A stretch of DNA of 63,667 nt, the filler included, from Octopus bimaculoides (lineage: Eukaryota), in the NCBI RefSeq assembly GCF_001194135.2. It is 7 parts of 7 records of this genome, joined end to end, with 100 filler letters (N's around TTAATTAATTAA, not from the genome) between each part and the next. Parts side by side here need not be neighbours in the genome. Positions count along the whole stretch, not along the records: positions 16,535 to 40,669 come from NC_068997.1; positions 40,770 to 43,339 come from NW_026335390.1; positions 43,440 to 59,107 come from NC_068987.1; 4 more parts are not named here. The stretch is one strand, 5' to 3'. Of the stretch, positions 37,868 through 51,354 are shown piece by piece. The first letter of the stretch is position 1; the number at the start of each line of letters is the position of its first letter. Both the position numbers and the translations under genes were made by a program. A model generated the notes under the pieces. That model was given only the letters and a program-made list of their open reading frames with translations, was not told where the DNA came from and made no database searches.

Positions 37868-38739
37868 TTAATATTGGTTTCAAATTTTGGTACAAGTGGG
37901 TAAGTCGATTACATTGAGCCCAGTGCTCGAGTAGTACTTCTTTTATCGGCCCCGAAAGGTGGAATTTGAACTCAGAACTGGAAGACGGACCAAATGCCGC
38001 TAAACATTTTGCCCGGCCTGCTAATGATTCTGCGAGCTCGCCGCCTTAAGATAGGTGCTAATATAAACATTTGTAAAGACGGCGAGCTGGCAGAATTGTT
38101 AGTACACTGGACAAAATGCATAGCGATATTTTGTCCTTCTTTTCGCTCTGAGTTCAACTTCTACTGTTGTCGATTTTGCCTTTCATCCTTTCGGGATTCA
38201 TAAAATAGGTACCAGTTGATTACTGGGGTGGATGTAATCGACGTATCCCGCCCCCACAAAAAAAAAAAACTGCTGGCCTTCGATCAAACTTTGAGACTAA
38301 TATTAATTTCAGATTTTAGAACAAGGTTAGCAAGAGGGTAAGTTGATTACATCGCTCCCAGTATTCCCACTCCGAAAGGATGAAAGGTAAAATCCACCTC
38401 AGCTGAATTTGAACTCGATACGTGAAGACAGACAAAATGCCGGTAAGCATTTCACCCGGCGTGCTAACGATTCTGCCAGCTCGTTGACTTACACTTTAAA
38501 AGTAATATTAATATCTACCTCATGCGGCGAGCTGGTACAATCGTTACTGCGCCGGACAAAATGCTTAGCGGCATTTTTTCCGACTTTACCTTTTGAGCTC
38601 AAATGCGCCGGGATTGACTTTGTCCTTCATCCTTTCAGGGTCGATAGAATAAGTACCAGTTGAGTACCGGGGTTGACGTAATTGACTTATTCCCTTCCCC
38701 GAAATTGCCGTCCATGTGCTTAGATTTGAAATCAATATC
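37868..38739. mobile_element. Four family A SINEs in alternating orientation (-,+,-,+)
   Basis: Copies at about 37868-38045(-), 38076-38304(+), 38299-38483(-) and 38524-38739(+). Confidence 0.85.
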
Positions 38740-38743
38740 TAGC

Positions 38744-38885
<142 letters not shown>

Positions 38886-39054
38886 CACATATGTTTTTGT
38901 ATATATGTTGACCTAGGAAAGACGGGGTTGACTAGGTTTGTCCGCGACGCATGTCATGACAGCAACCTACGCTTCCATCAGTAATTGAGAGCCCAAAGAA
39001 GGAAGGAAATATATACATCCATAATATACAGTCAAACGCATGCACGTATGCACG

Positions 39055-39118
<64 letters not shown>

Positions 39119-39550
39119 CATTATGGTTTATCCAGAGAAGGAAGGACAGCCTCCATGACCTTCGTAGAACCAACGAGACAAGTGGCGGGTGAAAGGTTTG
39201 GAATAAACTGAAATTCATAAATTCCTGAAGAAGGAATTGCACCTTGATGTCGACTTATTAGCAGATGAGAGATTTGGGACGAATGCTTACAACAGGATGA
39301 AGTCTGCTTAAGAACAAAAACACCCAGGTAGACACCCGTACACCCCCCCCCACACACACACACAAGTACATTAGACGCACATAACACCTAGACAGACAGA
39401 CACGCACGTCATATACATGTACACAAACATATGCACACAGGGAGAAGGCATACACTGCCACATACAAACATTAAGAGAGTAGAAAAAGATTTGGAGAGTG
39501 GCAGAGAGAGAGGGGGAAGAAGGAGGGAGAGTGTATGTGTTCGTGTAAGT

Positions 39551-39835
39551 GTGAGTATGTGGCTTAGTGGTTAGAGTATTTGGTTTACGGTCGTAAGGTT
39601 GCGAGTTGGATTCCCGGTGGCGCGTTGTGTCCTTTAGTAAGACGCTTTATTTCCCGTTGTTCCAGTTCACTCAGCTGGCAAAAATGAGTTGTATCTGTAA
39701 TTGTCATATCCTGTGTCACACTGAATCTCCCTGAGAAATACGATGAGGTTACGCGTGTCTGTGGAGTGCTCAGCCACTTGCATGTTAATGTCACGAGCTT
39801 GTCGTCGTAACGAGTGCCAGTTATATGTGAGTGTT
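39551..39835 (+). mobile_element. SINE: head C + module E body
   Basis: GTGGCTTAGTGGTTAG...CCAGTTCACTCAGCTGGCAAAAATGAGT...TGTCACACTGAATCTCCCTGAGAA...GGAGTGCTCAGCCACTTGC. Confidence 0.75.
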
Positions 39836-40574
39836 AGAGTGTATGTGTTAGAATCTGTGTGTATGTGTGTGTTAGCATGTTTACTTGTGTTAGAGAGAGA
39901 GAGACTTTGTGTGTGCATGTGCATGTCTGCGCACGCGTGTTTGCGCACGCGTGTTTGCGACAAAATAAAGCAGTTATAGATGTAACAAGTTCTGAATCTG
40001 TTTCTGACTATAACTGCTTCTTTCGCAGAATATATCCACACTGTATCTCTCAACCAGGCTTCTTCAAACAGGGTATCAACGATCTTTATTTACACTTCAA
40101 ATTCAAAATACAAACTATTAACATCAAGCTAAAAGATTATATTTTATAGAACTTAATGACATAATCCAATAAAACGTTTTCTCCATTATCAGTAATAGTC
40201 CACGTCATCCATTGTTCTCTCAGTTGTCACTGAAATATATAATAGTTGGTGCACACTTATCAGTCTCTCAGCAATATGTGGAAGATCATTCATCCAAAAG
40301 AATTGCTCAAAGAGCGTCCACTTTAAGCCAGGAAAGCAGAAACGCAAGATGTGATAATTTCTGATTAAAAAGGAAGAAACGTAGTCAATGAAAGGTCATT
40401 GAGGAAGACAGTGGACTTCCATTAAATGGGAACAATGAATTTTCTATACTTACAATATCGCGAAATTATTAAACACTCAGAAATTAAATGATTAAATAAT
40501 TTCATTCAACTTAACCTAAATATATGAATATGTATGTATATCTGAATGTGTGTGTGCGCGTGCACGTGTGAGTG

Positions 40575-40669
<95 letters not shown>

Positions 40670-41144
40670 NNNNNNNNNNNNNNNNNNNNNNNNNNNNNNN
40701 NNNNNNNNNNNNNTTAATTAATTAANNNNNNNNNNNNNNNNNNNNNNNNNNNNNNNNNNNNNNNNNNNNATACATGCTTACGTAGAAATGCTGTGGTGCT
40801 CCTAAAAAGAGCAGGGCAGACTGATTGCATTATCCAGATATAATCGATCAGAGGAACAGCGAAAATTTGCTAAATTTTTGAAGGCTTCTCCATTCGGAGT
40901 TCCTGGATCATCAGATGCATAAAATCACATATGGATATGGAATACCCATGAAAGCACATACACAAATAGCAGTGACATATACACATGATTTCTGTTGTGA
41001 CACACGCGTGATATGTACACACGTAAACACAACCTGCATACATACATGCCCCAACTAATTCAAGTAACCGAAAGCTTCGAGAGCTGTCTTGATTTAGACA
41101 TAGTTGAATTCAATAAAGGAAAAATAACTTAAAATATAAACATA

Positions 41145-41630
41145 CGAGGGTGTGTCAAAAAGTAATGCCATTTTGTTTAGGACAGGTATAATTACCAACA
41201 CAGGAACATGTATCATACACGAAAATGAAGCTGGTCCTCTGTGGATCACATCCCTATTTCTCAAAATAGTCGCTGTTTCTCTCGATAACAATGTTCCACC
41301 TTCGAATGAGAGCATGTATCCCTGCCCCGTAAAATTCTCTTTACTGTTCTTTGAGCCACATCTTCACTACAATTTTCATTTCCTCGTCACTGGAATAATG
41401 TTTGCCTCTCAAACCCTCTTTCATGGGGCCGAAGAGATTATAGTCTGAAGGCGCTAAATTATTCCAGTAACGAGGAAGTGAAAACTGTAGTGAAGAAGTG
41501 GCTCAAAGAACAGTCAACAGAATTTTACGGGGCAGAGATACATGCTCTAATTCGTTGTATGATACATGTCCCTGTGTTGGTAATTATACCGGTCCTAAAC
41601 AAAATAACATTACTTTTTGCCTCACCCTCG
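41145..41630. mobile_element. Fold-back mariner derivative made of two 3' ends, TA TSD
   Basis: TA|CGAGGGTGTGTCAAAAAGTAATG...CATTACTTTTTGCCTCACCCTCG|TA. The left arm (minus) encodes LAPSDYNLFGPMKEGLRGKHYSSDEE...RWNIVIERNSDYFEK*; the right arm (plus) repeats YSSNEEVKTVVKKWLKEQ...IHALIR with an internal deletion. Confidence 0.88.
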
Positions 41631-42491
41631 TACATACACGCTTACATACATCATGTCTCATGCCAATACCTTTACATGAAAGGAGTTCCACATGTATTAC
41701 CATATCATCGGTTTTCTCTGGAAGATGGAATTAACAGGTGGGAGCCGACAAAGAGACGCATAGGAGATTTCCAGAGCGCTTTTGGAGGTTTTTGCCCAAA
41801 TCAAACTAAACGGATATATGTGTGTGTGTATGTGAGTGCGCACGCNNNNNNNNNNNNNNNNNNNNNNNNNNNNNNNNNNNNNNNNNNNNNNNNNNNNNNN
41901 NNNNNNNNNNNNNNNNNNNNNNNNNNNNNNNNNNNNNNNNNNNNNNNNNNNNNNNNNNNNNNNNNNNNNNNNNNNNNNNNNNNNNNNNNNNNNNNNNNNN
42001 NNNNNNNNNNNNNNNNNNNNNNNNNNNNNNNNNNNNNNNNNNNNNNNNNNNNNNNNNNNNNNNNNNNNNNNNNNNNNNNNNNNNNNNNNNNNNNNNNNNN
42101 NNNNNNNNNNNNNNNNNNNNNNNNNNNNNNNNNNNNNNNNNNNNNNNNNNNNNNNNNNNNNNNNNNNNNNNNNNNNNNNNNNNNNNNNNNNNNNNNNNNN
42201 NNNNNNNNNNNNNNNNNNNNNNNNNNNNNNNNNNNNNNNNNNNNNNNNNNNNNNNNNNNNNNNNNNNNNNNNNNNNNNNNNNNNNNNNNNNNNNNNNNNN
42301 NNNNNNNNNNNNNNNNNNNNNNNNNNNNNNNNNNNNNNNNNNNNNNNNNNNNNNNNNNNNNNNNNNNNNNNNNNNNNNNNNNNNNNNNNNNNNNNNNNNN
42401 NNNNNNNNNNNNNNNNNNNNNNNNNNNNNNNNNNNNNNNNNNNNNNNNNNNNNNNNNNNNNNNNNNNNNNNNNNNNNNNNNNNNNNNNNNN

Positions 42492-42583
<92 letters not shown>

Positions 42584-42769
42584 TCTTATTGGTAGAATTT
42601 ATTGGTAGTCAATCAGAAGTTATTTGGTCTATAGAGTAGAAAACATCGAAGCCCGAAACTATGTGTTTGCAAAACAGGGCTCTAAACAACACAACCACGC
42701 TGCGTCAATAAGCTATGCTCGTGCCTATAGCTATGGCTGCACCTATAGCCTTGTGGTATATATATGATA

Positions 42770-42784
42770 GATAGATAGATAGAT

Positions 42785-42883
<99 letters not shown>

Positions 42884-42910
42884 CAGACAGACAAATAGAT
42901 AGATAGAAAC

Positions 42911-42982
<72 letters not shown>
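42770..42982. repeat. (GATA)n microsatellite
   Basis: Direct inspection; another tract lies at 43640-43685. Confidence 0.95.
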
Positions 42983-42984
<2 letters not shown>

Positions 42985-43584
42985 TTTATCGTTTATCTTT
43001 CTGGAATCGATAAAGAAAGTACCAGTCAAATAAATACTTCTGAGATCGATTATATTGCCTAAATCAATCACCAAAAATCTGTTGCTTTGCATCTATACAA
43101 GAAAACATTATCAATATTTTTGCTTTCATTATAGGTCATTAACCTATTATGTTATATAAGCATCACTGACGTTTGTTAACATTATGCATACAAACAACAA
43201 CTACAGATGCTCCATCTTTGACGCATTATAGATAAAAACGAACGTTAAGGTAAGGGTATTGATGTCTTTATGCCACCGCTCCAACTCAAGCCTGATCGAG
43301 CAATCCTATGGCTTAGAGATTGTCGGCTAAACGATGTAANNNNNNNNNNNNNNNNNNNNNNNNNNNNNNNNNNNNNNNNNNNNTTAATTAATTAANNNNN
43401 NNNNNNNNNNNNNNNNNNNNNNNNNNNNNNNNNNNNNNNGAGAATGTTCTCTATGTGGCTTGTGTGTTTTCTCGTCTACGTTTTGTTTGCAATGTCCTGT
43501 ACCCAGATATGCACCTATGCATACAGGTGGATGTCGGTATGCACATACCTGTACACATATATGCATATACTCATTTACTATTTG

Positions 43585-43622
<38 letters not shown>

Positions 43623-43640
43623 ACACACACACACACGAAT

Positions 43641-43685
<45 letters not shown>

Positions 43686-44414
43686 CAGGTATTGAATATA
43701 TACACGCGTGTGCGTGTGTCTGAGCGCGCGCGGCGTGTGTATGTGTGTGTGTGTGTGTAGGAAGGGCGTGGTGGATGAGTGTATGTATTTGCGAATACAT
43801 ACATTGTTCATACATAATGTGTACAATAGACACATCTACACATCTACGCATTTACATATTTACATATATTGTTCACACAGCCGAACAGAGAAAAAATATA
43901 TTATGCTTGCTCAGTGAAAGGCTTCAAACCAGCACCAGGTTGCGTTTAGCAGCCTTAGCTGTTGGAGGTAAGCTAAGGTAATACTACCCTTCTGTAATCA
44001 GGTACGTTAATAGGGTGTTACCGCTGGCTGTTTCCTTTCCTATTTAAAGGCATGGAATCCCAAAAGCAAGGTATTCTTTACACGATAATTCTTGAAACTT
44101 TCAGCATTCGGTTTCTTCCTGAAATATATACGAGAGATATTTTCTGCAAAGAATCTCAAAAACTTCACATGAAATATTTTCAGGGGCGCGCTGTGTAAAG
44201 TTTTCACTTCATCATTCTCTCTTCCACTTCTGCAGAAGATGCGCTTGCGTGCACCACATGCGCAAACGCGCGCACGCGAGCATAGACTTGTATATATGTG
44301 TGCATATGTCTGTGCGTGTATATATATATGTATATGTGTATTTACATCTATATTCATATATATAAATACACAATACATACATGTATATATATATATATAT
44401 GTGTGTGTGTGTAT

Positions 44415-44453
<39 letters not shown>

Positions 44454-45404
44454 TGTATATAAGGATGTGTTGTGTGTGTGTGTGCGCGCGCATAGTCAGA
44501 GTCGGCTGGAATATCTCATATCTATTTCGACTCTTTGTACTCTTGGTTCAAATACTGTAGAAGCTAGCTTTATTTCCGTTCTTTGGAATCATTACAAAAT
44601 AAAATTCCCCAAAAAAAATAAAAGTTCGTATATTAGGAATCGATAACAACAAATTACAAATATTTGCTAAATCTGCTTTCAAGCTCAGTTTCTGAAAAGT
44701 TTATGAATAGCTTTTGTCCGGTACGCATAAGTAATCGCGATTTCGTTTGACTATACGCATGGAAAGCGATAAAATGGACGGCCACAAGATTTTGTGTTTG
44801 CGGCTGGAAATTTCGATGTTTCTGGCCAGCCGTAAATGCAAAACCATGTGGCTGCCTGCTTTTGTATCTCCCAAACGAAAGCGCGTCCGCTGAAGTGTAC
44901 TGTGTGGTTTTAAGAGTTAAGGTAAAGGCATCAATATCATTGAAAATCAAGTCGTCGTCGTTATCGTCGTCGTCTATAAAAATAAAAATAGAAGAAAATG
45001 ATAAGCCTTTGCGACAAGTGCGAAACTAACAATGACACTATTAGCAAGCAGATTACATTGTTCCAGCTTTGAACAATGAAGCTCTGTCTTTATTTTTAAC
45101 AAGTCCCTTATAAAAATTCCCTTATTCCGCCATGAGAGAGTTTATCCGAAAAGTCTATCTCACGAGACGTACAGTCCTGAAGCCCTCTGCTTTCGAAATC
45201 TATTTGTCTAAGATGCTTATGGGATGAGAAGTAGAGCTGAGGACAAGTTAGGAATATTACAGTGACCTTTTCTCTTTTTTTAAGTTCACTCTCTAGAAAT
45301 TTTCAGTCATGCAAAAGCAGCAGTCACTGCTATGATCTATGGTTTCTCTTCGTGACACATGCATTGCAAAGGGCATGCACTTCGGTAGGGCATTTATCCA
45401 CGTT

Positions 45405-45730
45405 TTAACCCTTTTTGCAACAACCCACCGGCAACTATTGCTGATCCTATTATGCAAACTCCCTCTTTTAAAGTGATTTGAATTAAAACTGTCTATCAGA
45501 ATGCCATGTTATGTTCCAAATACCAACTAATAACGGCAAAGTAATTTTACTAAGTTCTTCATTATTTTTAAAATTAATTGAAAGAGAGGTAGTGCAGTTT
45601 AAGAAAGATATAGAAACAAAACGTTAAAGTGATCTAAACTAAAACTATCTATCAAAGTTTCGTGGTAAATTGTTCCAACAACAAGCTTAATAATGACATG
45701 GCTGTTTTACTAATTTCTTCAGGTCTGTTC
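45405..45730 (+). mobile_element. TTAA-CCCTTT (piggyBac-like) MITE fragment with internal duplication
   Basis: Starts TTAACCCTTT. The block AAAGTGAT(T/C)TAAA(T/C)TAAAACT.TCTATCA...TGTTCCAA...TAATAA...TTTTACTAA..TCTTCA occurs twice; a reverse fragment lies at 1200-1275. Confidence 0.55.
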
Positions 45731-46463
45731 AGCAGAAATATCGTATCACCAAAAACAAAAGCTGCAACAAATGTAGAGAAGATTTCTTATCTTGGTTGCT
45801 TATTTTCCCAGCAAAATATATTAAAGATGTTAAGGTAGTTTTTAAATTTCGAGAATTAAGAATTAATATTTATGCAGCTCCTAAGTTTTTTAAACAGACG
45901 AATATAGTTCTAACAAAATAATATAAAAATAACAGACGAAAATGAGATCATACAATAATAGAATAATAGATTAATCACCTCTCGAGGAGTCGTAAAATAT
46001 GTCTTAGAAGCCTACGGAATCATATATTGGGCTTATATGGATGATGTAACATTTGTTGTTGTAGATTATGTCATAATGTCTTATTAGAATGATTCAATAC
46101 TTATAATGTAGGACCTGTGACAATTCCATAGTGTAAGTCAGCATATTTGAAAACATTGTTATTATATTAAAAACAACCAAGGAATTTCAAAAAATTATTT
46201 TCAAATCCTGCCATTTAATCAAAACTGTACTTTCAAATATGATCGAAATAAACTTAGAAAGTATTGCTTGTTTTCCTTCTTTTAATATGTTAGACACACA
46301 TATGATGTGCTTTACTATCTATCCTATATCTTTTAATGCATTAATTTTAAAATCTTCATGAAATTTATAAATCTTCGACATTGTTTCAATATTACAACTG
46401 TGCCTGCAGAATAATAGAGACCTTCTCCTCCTCCTCCTCCTCTCTCTATCTGTCTCTGTCTCT

Positions 46464-46506
<43 letters not shown>

Positions 46507-47429
46507 TCTCGCCTCCTTCCCTTTTCTCCTTCTCTCTCTATATATAGTTCTCCATTCGAGTTATTACCTCTTTTGTTGTAAGCGTAACACACGGACAAAA
46601 CAGACAGTAACGCAGAAACGCGTTGAATAATATAGCTGATAAAGTCATAAAGAAAAGTGATATAACTCTGTAACTAAAGAACTTCAGTTAATTTTGAAAA
46701 TTAATGTTTGACTTTTATTATCAGCGACACAAACTTAGTAAAGATTGGTTAGTTTCGTCTCCGGTACAAGAAAAAATTTGGACTAGTGCAATAAGGCTCG
46801 CTTGAACACAAACAGAGCACATATCGAAGCGTTTTAATCAAAGTACAAATCACAAAAGTACTCGACAAATAACTATTGGTAATTATAAATAATTCAAGAC
46901 TGCAATGTTAGTTTCTTGCAGGATATAAAGCGGAATGGAAATTTTGATACACCACAATTGAAGAAAATGTGATTCATTGTACTTCACAGCTTTACAGTCT
47001 TATCGCATGAAAGAGAGAGACGGAAGCGAGACAGGCAGAAACCGAGTTAGAGAAACGGAGAAAGAGGGAGTATGCGTGTGTGCGTACGTCCTGTGTAAAC
47101 TGTCAAATGTATCGCGAGTGTATTTGCAAGGGTCTCAAAGATTTAAAATAAATCAAGAAGGATAGTATATAAATATGTAATGTAAATGACACATTAAAAT
47201 AATAGTTATATGCCCCAGGCATTATTGTTTTAATGAGATAAGCGCATTAAAAAAAATATTCACTTATTACTCACACACTCACACACACACACACACACAC
47301 CACCACCACCACCACCACACACCACACATCCCCACTCACACGTATATGACCGACATATATATGCATGTGTGGGTAGATGAAATGTGTATCTGCGTGCATG
47401 AATATGTATGTATATGTATATATGCATGT

Positions 47430-48470
47430 ATACAGAGTGCGAGGAGTATTTGAAGACAGTTTGGGTATACAATCAAACAACTATATTTCAGCATAAATAA
47501 ATATGTATTTGAATAAACATTTGCGCAATTAGTCTTGATAATGATTTTTTAAGCAAATTATTCTATGAAAGCGCCTTCAGTTTCGATGACTGCTTCAATG
47601 CGGGACCGAAACTGCTGGCATGCTGATACTATGTGATCCTTATTCATTTCGGACATCACTTGGACAATGGCAGCCTTCAGTGAAGCTACGGTATTATGAA
47701 GATGACGATTAGTCTCACTTTCAGCAGCGCTCCACACGTAGTAGTCCATGGGGTTCAAATCTGGCAAGTTTGGAGGACACATATTGGGTGTTACATAATC
47801 GTAAAGATGGCCTGACAACCATTCTTGGGCGACTAGGGTTTTGTGAGATGCTGAATCTTGTTGAAACATGTATGGCTTTCCATTGCATACTTCATCAATC
47901 CAGGGCTTGATAACAGTTTCCAGTACCTCAATGTATCCAGCAGCATTAATTCTAAGACCCTATGGAAAAAAGTGGGGAGGCATCACATGACCTTTGCTAC
48001 TCGCCACTCCTAAAACCATCACAGTTGCTGGAAATTTCGTGTTCATCACTCTGGATACTTCAAAAGGATCTGCACATAACGACCTGTCATTTCTTCTGTT
48101 AGATTTTTAATCCTGGTCAAAGTTTTTTCGTCAGAGAAAAACCAAAGCATGCCTTGTTCATGAGGGCTTTTCACTTTGTTAAGTAACCGTTTTGAACGGA
48201 TGAGATGGTTTTCCTGTGTCTTTGCAGACACGAATTAGCCTTTCCTCATTATATAGGACTTGTATTGAATGTCACCACAGTTCTGACAGTCCACTCTGAC
48301 ACCCGAAGTTCTTTAACAATGGTCTTCATTGATCTTCTGGGTTTTCATCGATAATGCTTTGAATATGTCTGATTCCGGTGTCCTTTTAGTGTCTGCGCGT
48401 TGTGAATGTTTTTTTTTTCTGTTTGATACAGTTGAAACACTACCATCACATCCCTCCAATTCCAAGACAT
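47430..48470 (-). mobile_element. Degenerate DD37D (maT-type) Tc1/mariner transposase
   Basis: WFFSDEK, FQQDSASHK, PPNLPDLNPMDYYVW, FRSRIEAVIETEGAFIE*. Thirty-six residues lie between the 2nd and 3rd D, consistent with one codon lost from DSAPxH. N-terminal remnants RKKKHSQRADTKRTPE and DIQYKSYIMRKG. Confidence 0.85.
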
Positions 48471-48710
48471 ACCCCCCCCCCGCCAGATCATCATTTAGAG
48501 TCTCTAGTAATTCTTTATTGTCTCTCGAAACGAAGATAGTTTCGATAGATCGAGGATTTATCTTGTATAATAATTTATTGTACATCTATTTATCTTTGTT
48601 ACTCAGACTCATGCCACTGACCATTCTGAGTTATTTCTGCTTGCAGATTTTTGTTATGAGTGTGTATGTGTGGGTTTGTGTGAGGGTGTGCGTGTGTGCG
48701 TGCATGAAGG

Positions 48711-48960
48711 GAAGACGCATGACTTAATGTTGTTCTCGCGGTCGTTAGGTCATGGGTTCGACTCATGGACAGGGAGGCGTTTTGTATTCTTGAGCGAAAC
48801 ACTTCGTTTCACGCTGTTCCAGTCCACTCAGCTGATCAGGAGGAATGTCGGTATTCTCGCCTTGCCAGCAGAGTGGCGTCATTCGAAAGCTAAAACAATG
48901 CGAAGCGTATTGTGACGGGCGATGTATAACAACGTCTGATAGTCTGGTCGATACTGTGAT
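48711..48960 (+). mobile_element. SINE: head C + module F tail
   Basis: GGGTTCGACTC...TTCTTGAGCGAAACACTTCGTTTCACGCTGTTCCAGTCCACTCAGCTG...AAAACAATGCGAAGCGTATTGTGACGGGCGATG. Confidence 0.75.
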
Positions 48961-50522
48961 ATATATATATCTATATAATATATATATACAAGAATAAGGG
49001 CAGGGAATCGTCAATTAATAATAGAATTAATAATTAACAATTTTGCCAAGTAGTTCAGTATGAAAAAACCTTTATCGGTAAAACCATTTATCGGTAAAAC
49101 CATGTTGGAGAAGTAACTCAATGCTAATCCCTGTATATTTATGATTATATNNNNNNNNNNNNNNNNNNNNNNNNNNNNNNNNTATATATATATATATATA
49201 TCATGTACGTATGGAGAGAGGGGGAGAGTACGAAAAGAAACAACTCAATGTGGTCAAAGGCATGAACTTCATATATGTGTGTGTGTATGTATATTTATTT
49301 ATTTATTTATTATGTGTAGTTACAAGTAACATTCACTCATGTTAACATGATTTCGTTACAGAGCGACACTGGTGAAGACAATCTAATCGCGCTCCAGGCT
49401 TCTGTTGCTGATCCCTCTGACGTAAGTATAATTACATGACAGAAAAGGTGAGATGGGGAGTAGTGGAGAGATTGTATGAGGAGAGCGAAAAGATGATATA
49501 TTTATGTAATATAAAAAGAGCATGCATATGCATGTATATACATGATCGCGGTATATAATATGTGAGAATTTTTGTTAATTTTACAAAAAAAATATATATT
49601 TCTGAGGACGTCATGTGTCTCAAGTGCTGCTGATCGGATTTTTATTCCGTTGTTTTATATTTGACAGTTCCGTGATGAAATTGTCTTCAAAATGTAGGAT
49701 AACACTATTATGAAAAGCATGCGCACAGGGTGCCCTTAGCCTTGTGAATGAATATTTGACTGGTGTAAATTCTGAGGAAGTCATCTATCTGTTTGTTCAT
49801 GTGTTTGCGTGCGTGTGTGTGTATTTGTGTTTTGTGTTTGAGTGTGTGTATGTGCGCATGTGCGCATTTCCAGAAACGCATATATGTTTTGACACTAGAG
49901 AAGAAAGTACGCAATACTCGTAACAGAGTTTATTTAAGTGTTCATTCAATCAATTAAAAGCTTTTATTCTCCAACACTACACTCAGTATTTCTCGTTTCC
50001 GTGAATGTATATTAAGAACAGAAACGGGGGGACTGGGGTCAATTTACTCAATTATCCCCTCTCTTCTCTGCACCAAAAGAAAATTTCAGTGTCTAATTGA
50101 ATATATATGACTATATATTGAGAAGTATTTATCTGTTTGTGTGTGTGAGGTGTGTAAACGCTAGGGTAAATATTTACTTTTACACCCGTCTACAAACTCT
50201 GATCGGCGGATTTTTGGAATAGCTATCACTACCTCATGGAGAAAGGAAAAGACAAGAAGGATTTGGGTGTTTGTTTTATTCTGTGAAAGAACTTTTTGTC
50301 CAAACCATATAATCTTTTACATCCCCCCACCCAATTCCGTGCTCTTTTCCGGTAAATTTTTACTATCACCGTATTTTGCGGCATGGAAGAGATTCGTTTT
50401 TGCATTTTTAAAAATTTACCTTGCGTCTTCCATAATGCTAGCTGAGAAGTTATTGCTGTGGTTGTCTGAAATCAACGGGGTGGTTGGCAACGGTTACAAT
50501 CGAGCGCCGGTATCTTGCAGGT

Positions 50523-50861
50523 CAGCGGTTCTCAACCGGGGTCCATATAAGATTTTGGGGGTTTCACAAAAGCCATATAGTAATTTAGAGATCCACAGTA
50601 TTATTTTAATTGTCCATGAAAAAAATTTGCATTAGTTGAATTTATTGCAAGAAACAGCTAGGTTTTTTTTCTCTAACACTTATCTTAGTTCAACATGTTT
50701 CTTGCTAACGTATGCAAGTGAATGTGTAAAAAAACTAAATAGAAATTCTGAAAGAAGTATCTATAAAACTAGTTTTTTAAACATCAAATGTTTATGGAGG
50801 TCTATCAGAATAAAATAGTAATAAAAGGAGTCCATAGATAAAAATTTGTTGAGAACCACTG
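50523..50861 (+). mobile_element. hAT-type MITE with perfect 8-bp TSD
   Basis: CAGCGGTTCTCAAC...GTTGAGAACCACTG flanked by TTGCAGGT on both sides (50515-50522 and 50862-50869). Confidence 0.93.
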
Positions 50862-51354
50862 TTGCAGGTGGTCAGTAGTGGTGGATTTGCTATGATCACC
50901 ATGGTGTGTTATATGAATAATTGTAGGATAGTTAAGGCGAAGGGTACGGTGTTGTTTACTACAATAAAACTCAGCAGCAAATCGCCAGGTAGGCAGTCAT
51001 TGTTTGGTGAATTTCGTTCAACGATGGGCATGAGCACTCCATTGCTTTACTCGCCAATTTTGTCTGATAACAGTAATTTAGCGCATGCCTGCTGGTTACT
51101 TTGTACGATCATATGAATGGGACTTTATCTTCTTTCAGTGGTAATGCAGGAACACCGCCTTAAAGGGTTTAGTCGAACAAATCGACCCCAGTACTTATTT
51201 CTTTGTAAGCTTGGTACTTATCCTCTAGGTCTCCTTTGCCGAACTGCTAAGCTATGGGGGGCGGGCATAAACAAACCAATACCGAATGTCAAACGATTGT
51301 GGAGGACAAACACAAAGGCATACACATGCATACACAAGGGTATATGTGTGTGTA

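Noticed and set aside
40880-40925. Minus-strand CUGAUGA-UCCA...UGGA-GAAG
   Set aside because: A15.1 is missing and stem I does not form.
46910-46975. Acceptor-like TTTCTTGCAG followed by a short frame
   Set aside because: All frames close within about 20 codons and no supporting upstream exon is visible; the similar site near 56505 (minus) fails the same way.
48313-48585. 90-aa minus-strand ORF as a possible host exon
   Set aside because: Its 3' half is the N-terminus of the DD37D transposase; the rest has no recognisable homology.
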